Assembly: GCA_038239115.1 (NCBI GenBank) | Contig: JBBSFD010000012.1 | Span: 3,347-67,346 of the forward strand | Source of the DNA: Candidatus Limnocylindrales bacterium | GTDB taxonomy: Bacteria > Chloroflexota > Limnocylindria > Limnocylindrales > CSP1-4 | Direction: 5' to 3' | DNA: 64,000 bases | Shown here: positions 58,537 to 64,000 of the stretch, one piece after another | Position numbering within the stretch: position 1 is the stretch's first letter | Layout: every line of letters starts with the position of its first letter | Notes under the pieces: generated by a model | What the model saw: only the letters and a program-made list of their open reading frames with translations | The model's database searches: none | Told to the model about the DNA's origin: nothing | Program-made: the position numbers and the translations under genes

Positions 58537-59610
58537 ATGACCCACGTGTTCGTTGCGCCCCACCCGGACGATGTCGCGCTCTCGTGCGGCGGCCTGATCG
58601 CCTCCCTGCGCGAGCTCGGCCAGAACGTGGCGATCATCACCGTGTTCTCGGGCAATGGCGGCGCCGATCACCTGACGGCCTACCAGCGCGAGGCCCTCGG
58701 CTTCGGGTCAAAGGCGCTCTGGCCGGTGACCGAGGCATTCAACCGGGCCAACATCCCCAACGACGTCAGCCTCGGCTCGGAGGCTTCGCCAGCCTGGGCG
58801 GCCACGGCCGACCGACTCGACGCCACCCAGGCTGACGCGGATGCCGCCGCCAAGCGCTTCTGGCAGCGCTCGTCGTGGTATCGCCGGGCCTCGATCCACA
58901 ACGAGTCCCTGGCCGGCCAGCCGGTCATCGACGATCTGCCCACCCAGGGGGCCGTCCTGACCACGGTCCTGACCGATGCCGAAGCCGCGTCGGACGTTCA
59001 GGCCACCCGGCGCCTCGAGGACGAGCGCTACGCCTATTTCGCCGAGGCGTCACTGATCCTGCTGGACCTGCCCGACGCGGTCTTCCGCGGCTATACGGGT
59101 GACGACCAGCTGCTGGGCAGCCCGCGCGAGGACGACCAGGCGCCGGCCGCCCTGCTCCGACGCGAGATCACCCGGCTCGAGCCTCAGAAGGTCTATTTCC
59201 CGCTGGGCGTCGGTGGCCACGTGGACCATCAGCTCGTCCGGAACGTGGGCCTGGCAATGATCGGCGACGCCCGGCGCTGGGTGATGCCCGGTCCCGAGTG
59301 GGCCGGGATCGTGTCGTTCTACGAGGACTTCCCGTACGCCTGGTGGAACGATTTTCGTTCGATCGATGAGCTCGGCGACGGCTTCCGCGAGATGCCTTAC
59401 GACGTCTCGATCGTGCCCGCTTATGCCGACATCAGCGACCAGCTCGAGCGCAAGATCAACGGCCTGACCATCTACGAGAGCCAGCTGCCGCGCCTGTTCG
59501 GGGGACCGCGCGAGATGGCCGCCGCGGTCCGGGGCTACGGCCGGAAGATCGGCGCGCTGGGCGGGCTGCCCGGCCACGCCGAGCGCTACTGGTCCTCGGT
59601 CACCCTCTAG
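58537..59610 (+). CDS. PIG-L / LmbE family N-acetylglucosaminyl deacetylase-like protein
   Basis: VFVAPHPDDVALSCGG matches the PIG-L HPDDE zinc-binding signature. Longer than MshB/BshB-type enzymes (extra C-terminal region). Confidence 0.7.
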   Translation: MTHVFVAPHPDDVALSCGGLIASLRELGQNVAIITVFSGNGGADHLTAYQREALGFGSKALWPVTEAFNRANIPNDVSLGSEASPAWAATADRLDATQADADAAAKRFWQRSSWYRRASIHNESLAGQPVIDDLPTQGAVLTTVLTDAEAASDVQATRRLEDERYAYFAEASLILLDLPDAVFRGYTGDDQLLGSPREDDQAPAALLRREITRLEPQKVYFPLGVGGHVDHQLVRNVGLAMIGDARRWVMPGPEWAGIVSFYEDFPYAWWNDFRSIDELGDGFREMPYDVSIVPAYADISDQLERKINGLTIYESQLPRLFGGPREMAAAVRGYGRKIGALGGLPGHAERYWSSVTL

Positions 59611-59623
59611 TGCGCTCCCGGCG

Positions 59624-61093
59624 TCAACGCCGGACGAACACCACGCCGTCGGCGTCCTGGTAGAGGACGGACCAGGCCGGCGAGGCCTCCATCAGGGGGA
59701 TGAGCGCGGCCTGCTCGTTCTTGCTCGCCACGACCACCGTCACTTGCCAGCGATCCAGGATCGCCTGCCAGTCCGAAGCTCCGCCCGAGAGCGCGATGTG
59801 GTCGTCCCAGGCCATGGTCGGGATGACCTCGATCCGGGAATCGACCGCCACAGGCACGCCCGGGGTGGCGAATTCGAGCCACGACCCCCAGGCCTGAGCA
59901 TTCCAGATGCGATCCGAGGGACCGACCTTTCCGACCAGGGCAACAGTGATGCCCGGTGGCGCATCGGCGAGCAGCCCGGCTGGCCCGAGCAGGGTAGTCC
60001 CGCCGCGCCAGATTGGCAGCAGGATGACACCAGCCAGCAACAGGACGATGACAATCGCGCCGTTCAACGCAGAGGCGCGCTCCGCTCGAACCGGCTTGGC
60101 CTCGGCGTCCGATTCCGCGCTCGAAGGTCGCACCGCGCCGGCCCGGCCGAGAATCCCGGCGACCGCAACCGGAGCACCCAGCGCCCACCAGGCGATGCCC
60201 CGCTCGGCCTGGATGGCCACCAAGCCGAGAAACACCAGCCACAGCAGAGTGGGCCCGATGTCGCGCCACGAGTGCCCGCGCCGGTTCACCAGGATGACCG
60301 CTCCGAAGACGACCATCGAGCCGTACAGGAGGAGGCCGCTGGCCGACAAGGGCGCGGTCGGCTGCCATTCGGTGATGAGCCGCCGGATCGTGGGATTGGC
60401 CGTCAGGCCGATGGCGTACGACCAGACCCCGAATCCGAACGGGTTGAGGAGACTGGCGGCTGCGGTGGCGATCGTCACCAGGAGCAGCCGCCGGGCACCC
60501 GGGCGGGCGGCCAGGAGGTCCTCCAGCCAGGCCACGCCAAGGGCCGCCGGGGCAAAGATGAAGCTGCCGTGGAGGCTGGCCCAGGGGATTACGAGGAGGG
60601 GGATCAACCAGACCAGCCGCGGTCGGCGGTCCCGGCTGGCCAGGAGGGCCAGGGTGGCCGCAAAGAGGGTCATCCCGAACAACTGGGGTCGGAGACCCAA
60701 CGCCGCAGCCGCCAGGATGAACGAGCCGAGGGTCAGCCAGGCGGCGACCCGCAGGCCGACGCCCTGGCGCCGGCAGGCCACCAAGACCAGGCCGACCGTG
60801 ATCGCGACGAGGGCGGCGCGCAGGATCGCCAGCCCGGACCATCCGCCCAGCCAGTAGCCCAGGGCCAGGAGTAGCTGGGCGCCCCACTGCTGGTCGAGCC
60901 AGGGAGCCCCGCCGGTCGTGAACGCGAAGGGATCAGTGCGCAGAATGGCGCCCTGCTGGAACATCAGCTGGCCGGCCCGGACGTGGTAGGCCAGGTCCAC
61001 CGTTGACATCGTCGCGATCAACGCGGCGAGCACGGGCAGGAGGATGGCGAGCGCGACCCACAGGCGTGGGAAGGTCAGGCGAGGGAAGGTCAT
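59624..61093 (-). CDS. polytopic membrane protein, GT-C-type glycosyltransferase-like (mannosyl/arabinosyltransferase-like)
   Basis: About 11 TM helices in the N-terminal two-thirds with loop motifs (DPF...W) typical of GT-C enzymes, then a C-terminal soluble domain. Confidence 0.5.
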   Translation of the reverse strand: MTFPRLTFPRLWVALAILLPVLAALIATMSTVDLAYHVRAGQLMFQQGAILRTDPFAFTTGGAPWLDQQWGAQLLLALGYWLGGWSGLAILRAALVAITVGLVLVACRRQGVGLRVAAWLTLGSFILAAAALGLRPQLFGMTLFAATLALLASRDRRPRLVWLIPLLVIPWASLHGSFIFAPAALGVAWLEDLLAARPGARRLLLVTIATAAASLLNPFGFGVWSYAIGLTANPTIRRLITEWQPTAPLSASGLLLYGSMVVFGAVILVNRRGHSWRDIGPTLLWLVFLGLVAIQAERGIAWWALGAPVAVAGILGRAGAVRPSSAESDAEAKPVRAERASALNGAIVIVLLLAGVILLPIWRGGTTLLGPAGLLADAPPGITVALVGKVGPSDRIWNAQAWGSWLEFATPGVPVAVDSRIEVIPTMAWDDHIALSGGASDWQAILDRWQVTVVVASKNEQAALIPLMEASPAWSVLYQDADGVVFVRR

Positions 61094-61159
61094 CGCGGCG
61101 ATCGTACCCGCCGGGCCTCAGCCGCCGATCCCCCCGATCGTCCTGGACGGCGGGATCGG

Positions 61160-62359
61160 CTACGAGGCGATCGCCCCGCTGATTCGGACGGCGCGGGCGC
61201 CGGTGTCGTAGATCTGCTCGACCGCCTTGACCATCAGACCGATGCAGAAACGCTGGTGGACCACGTCGTGGCCGGCTCGTCCGATCATGTCCGCCAGGGG
61301 ATGGTTGGTCAGCAGCCGGATGATCGCTCCGGCCAGGGCGTCCGGATCACGGGGTGGCACGAGCAAGCCCGAGACACCATCCTCGATCACCTCGGGAATG
61401 CCCCCGACCCGGCTGGCCACGACTGGCCGGCTGAGGGCCATTGCCTCGAGGATCGACAGGCCCTGGGCTTCGCGATACGAAGGCAGCACGGCCACGTCGA
61501 GGGCGGCCGTCACCTCCGGCACGTCGTCGCGCCGGCCGGTGAACGTGACCCGATGGGCAATCCGGAGCGAGGCGGCCTGGCGCTCGAGCTCATCTCGTCG
61601 GCTGCCTTCACCCACGATCAGCAGGGAGGCGTTAGGGACGGCCCGCACGACGGCCGGCCACGCCTCGAGCAGGGTGGGGTGGCCCTTCTCCGGCTCGAGG
61701 CGGGCGACCACGCCAACCACGACGGCATCCGGCTCAATCCCGTACTGCTCCCGGAACGTGCAGCAGGGCTCGGTGTGGTCGTAGCGCTCCAGGTCCACCC
61801 CGTTGTAGATGAGCTGGACGGGCGCGCCCACCCGGTCTTCGTCGGCAATCTTGGCTTCTATCGCCCGGGACACGGCGATGAGCTGGTCGATCTCGGGCGT
61901 CAGGATGCGCAGCTCGCGCCGGTCTTCGTCCGAGCGGACCCGGCTCGAATGGACCGTCGACACGATGTACGGGCGGCGATGGCCGGCCTCGCCCAGGGCG
62001 ATTGCGGCCCGGGTGCCCACCAGCTCGGCTCGATACATGTGGTTGTGGATCACGTCCGGGTTGATGTCGGCCAGCAGGGTCGCCACCGCGCCGGTCGAGA
62101 TCGCATCGTCGGCGTCGTCCAGGACGGTCACCGGAAAGCCGGCGCGCTGGAGCTTGCGCACGGCGCTGCCACCGGACAACGAGATCACGCTGGCGTCGTA
62201 GCGCGTCTGGTCGAGCCGGCTGAGGAGCCCGAACAGGTGCTCCTGGGCGCCGCCGTTCGAGCCCGTCGCCAGGATCTCCACGATCCGGACCCGGCCGCCC
62301 GGAACGGCCGGCCAACTGACCGGCTCGAGGCAGGGATCGCCTGGCGCGGGCCGACCCAT
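61160..62359 (-). CDS. glycosyltransferase family 4 (retaining GT-B)
   Basis: GT4 C-terminal domain with EX7E motif (EAQGLSILEAMALSRP) and GGIPEVIEDGVSGLLV. Start at the internal MGRPAPG (computed 62359); the upstream part of the track ORF is Arg-rich artefact. Confidence 0.8.
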   Translation of the reverse strand: MGRPAPGDPCLEPVSWPAVPGGRVRIVEILATGSNGGAQEHLFGLLSRLDQTRYDASVISLSGGSAVRKLQRAGFPVTVLDDADDAISTGAVATLLADINPDVIHNHMYRAELVGTRAAIALGEAGHRRPYIVSTVHSSRVRSDEDRRELRILTPEIDQLIAVSRAIEAKIADEDRVGAPVQLIYNGVDLERYDHTEPCCTFREQYGIEPDAVVVGVVARLEPEKGHPTLLEAWPAVVRAVPNASLLIVGEGSRRDELERQAASLRIAHRVTFTGRRDDVPEVTAALDVAVLPSYREAQGLSILEAMALSRPVVASRVGGIPEVIEDGVSGLLVPPRDPDALAGAIIRLLTNHPLADMIGRAGHDVVHQRFCIGLMVKAVEQIYDTGARAVRISGAIAS

Positions 62360-63603
62360 CAGCCCACGCTCCGGCGGACGAGCAGACGCTGGATCGGTTC
62401 GTCCTCGGCGCCCCACTCGTACTTGTAGGGCTCGTTGCCGCGCAGGAAGTCCATCCGCTCGAAGCGGCCAGCCAGGGCAGCCTGGACGTAGGCGGCCGCC
62501 ATCAGCACGCCTGGGCTGAGCTCGCGCGCGTCGGGATCCATGCCCGCGTTGTAGTAGAGCAATGAGCGCCCGTCCTCGAGGTGGACGCCGGCCCCGATCC
62601 GGCGGTCGCCCACCGACAGGAACGACAGGACGAGCGGGCCGCTCGGACCGAGCAGCTCGAACAGGCGCTGGAAGAACGTCTGGCTGGCGGTGCCACCCGG
62701 AGTGCCGGGAAACAGGCCCTCGTCGCCCCAGCGCTTCTGGTGGAGCTCGATGAACGCCGGCAGGTCGGCCAGCGGATCGAGCGAGCGAGTGAGGCTGATC
62801 GGCCCCACGGCCTCGGCCCGCCGGATCTTGCGCCGGATCTCGTGGCGCTCCTTCCCGCCGAGGGTCGCGAGGTAGCCGTCGAAATCCGCGTCGACCGGCA
62901 GCGTGACGACCGGGCAGACCTCCTCCCGCTCGAGGTTGAGGGTCCAGCCATCGGCGCCCTCGCGCCGCCCGAAGGCGGCGGCCAGGGCCTCGGCGGCCGG
63001 ATCGCCGCAGCGCAGGCGGCGCAGGTCGATCGCGTCCCACTCCGGGCCGGCCGGGCTGGCCAGGTGGGCGGCCACCGCCTCGGCCACGTCGTCGAAGTCA
63101 GCCGGCGCAGCCAGGAGGCTGGCGTAGTCGGCGTGATACGAGGCTCCGAAGAAGATCGCGGTGGCCGTGCCGGGCACGGCGGTCATCTCCATCGCTGCGG
63201 AGTGGCGCATTCGGCTGCTCTCGCCCAGGTCGCTTGGTTCGACCTCGTGGCGATGCATCAAGGGCACGATCCCGATCGGGTCAGCGCCGGGCAGGCCCGC
63301 GCCATCGGGGCCGGTTGGGACCACCACCAGGGTCTCGTCGTGGGCGCTCGCGCCGTAGGCGTCCCACCAGGCTCGCTGGAAGGCCCAGCTCGAGAACGGG
63401 GTGGCCCAGGGATTCCGGGCTAGCAGGCCATCCCAGGTGACGTGGTCGATCGAGTCGAATGGCCGGCGGGTCGCGACGAAGCGCGCGTGCGGGTTCGCTT
63501 CGGAGTTCGCTTGGGGGATCGGGGCGCTCGCCGTTGCGGTCCGTCCGGAGCCGTCAACGGCGCTGGGACAGACAAGCTCCGCCGTCAATGTGGGGGTGGT
63601 CAC
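62359..63603 (-). CDS. FemAB/CelD-like (Acetyltransf_6, GNAT-related) acyl/aminoacyl transferase family protein
   Basis: W-rich N-region (SWAFQRAWWDAYGASAHDETLVVV), central helical region and C-terminal LSFLSVGDRRIGAGVHLEDGRSLLYYNAGMDPDARELSPG typical of the BioF2-like acetyltransferase domain. GTG start inferred. 1-nt TGATG overlap with the GT4 start. Confidence 0.45.
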   Translation of the reverse strand: MTTPTLTAELVCPSAVDGSGRTATASAPIPQANSEANPHARFVATRRPFDSIDHVTWDGLLARNPWATPFSSWAFQRAWWDAYGASAHDETLVVVPTGPDGAGLPGADPIGIVPLMHRHEVEPSDLGESSRMRHSAAMEMTAVPGTATAIFFGASYHADYASLLAAPADFDDVAEAVAAHLASPAGPEWDAIDLRRLRCGDPAAEALAAAFGRREGADGWTLNLEREEVCPVVTLPVDADFDGYLATLGGKERHEIRRKIRRAEAVGPISLTRSLDPLADLPAFIELHQKRWGDEGLFPGTPGGTASQTFFQRLFELLGPSGPLVLSFLSVGDRRIGAGVHLEDGRSLLYYNAGMDPDARELSPGVLMAAAYVQAALAGRFERMDFLRGNEPYKYEWGAEDEPIQRLLVRRSVG

Positions 63604-63677
63604 ACGGCCGAGAATAGCACTAGATCGAGGTAGGTCATTGCGCGGGCAACCGACGCCGTCCGCCGCCTCGATCCGGC

Positions 63678-64000
63678 CTAGAGGTGATAGGCCCAGTACA
63701 CGCCGCCGGCCCCGACGACCACGCCGAATCCGATGGCCAGGCGCCAGATCCAGCCGACCCCGTGACGCGCGGCGGCAAGGCAGCACAGGGCCATGGCGAA
63801 GGGGATCGCGTCGAGCGCGTAGCGATAGCCGTACTGGAGCCAGCCGCCGCCGTAGTAGAGCAGGTTCGGGATCAGGGTCAGGAGCAGGGCGGCCAGCAAC
63901 AGCCACGATGGGCGGTTAGTCCAGCCGGCCCGGACGGCAAAGAACAGGCCCGGGCTGGTGATCAGGATCGACATGCCCAGGCCATCAGGCTTGAAGAACG
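63678..64000 (-). CDS. integral membrane protein, partial (runs off window end)
   Basis: Hydrophobic ORF (LLLAALLLTLIPNLLYYGGGWLQYGYRYALDAIPFAMALCCLAA). Upstream limit not visible within the window. Confidence 0.3.
   Translation of the reverse strand, partial: FFKPDGLGMSILITSPGLFFAVRAGWTNRPSWLLLAALLLTLIPNLLYYGGGWLQYGYRYALDAIPFAMALCCLAAARHGVGWIWRLAIGFGVVVGAGGVYWAYHL

Overview
This is a 64 kb window of high-GC (about 68-70%) bacterial chromosome, Actinobacteria- or Chloroflexi-like, densely coding with frequent ATGA/GTGA start-stop overlaps.

Three regions stand out:
1. Roughly 0.45-10.2 kb: an accessory island ending at a tRNA-Glu(TTC). It carries a tyrosine recombinase, a large serine recombinase whose 3' end overlaps the tRNA 3' end, a class II Fic protein, a frameshifted NERD nuclease-domain gene, an ECF sigma/anti-sigma pair, an HsdR-N-like nuclease-fold gene, XRE regulators and several uncharacterised genes.
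2. Roughly 27.6-43 kb: a core-metabolic cluster that appears to link histidine and possibly histidinol catabolism to one-carbon/formate metabolism. It contains hutH, hutU, hutI, a glutamate formimidoyltransferase, a formimino-THF cyclodeaminase, folD and fhs, interleaved with a hisD paralog and transporters.
3. Roughly 43-53 kb: an SOS/replication neighbourhood with rplI, dinB, lexA carrying a Cheo-type SOS box, and dnaB. A second pair of SOS boxes drives a small uncharacterised gene, and a large frameshifted STAND-ATPase/winged-helix/BTAD regulator follows.

The remainder holds a tdh-kbl operon, argS, cydAB, an HD-GYP phosphodiesterase, and an envelope glycoconjugate cluster (PIG-L deacetylase, GT-C, GT4, FemAB-like acyltransferase).

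No CRISPR array, no rRNA and no obvious IS element were seen. Many long Arg/Pro-rich ORFs in the six-frame track are antisense artefacts of GC-rich coding DNA. Several candidate regulatory palindromes and one candidate structured RNA region are flagged. Coordinates taken from the ORF track by codon arithmetic are exact; coordinates of short motifs read by eye may be off by 1-2 nt.
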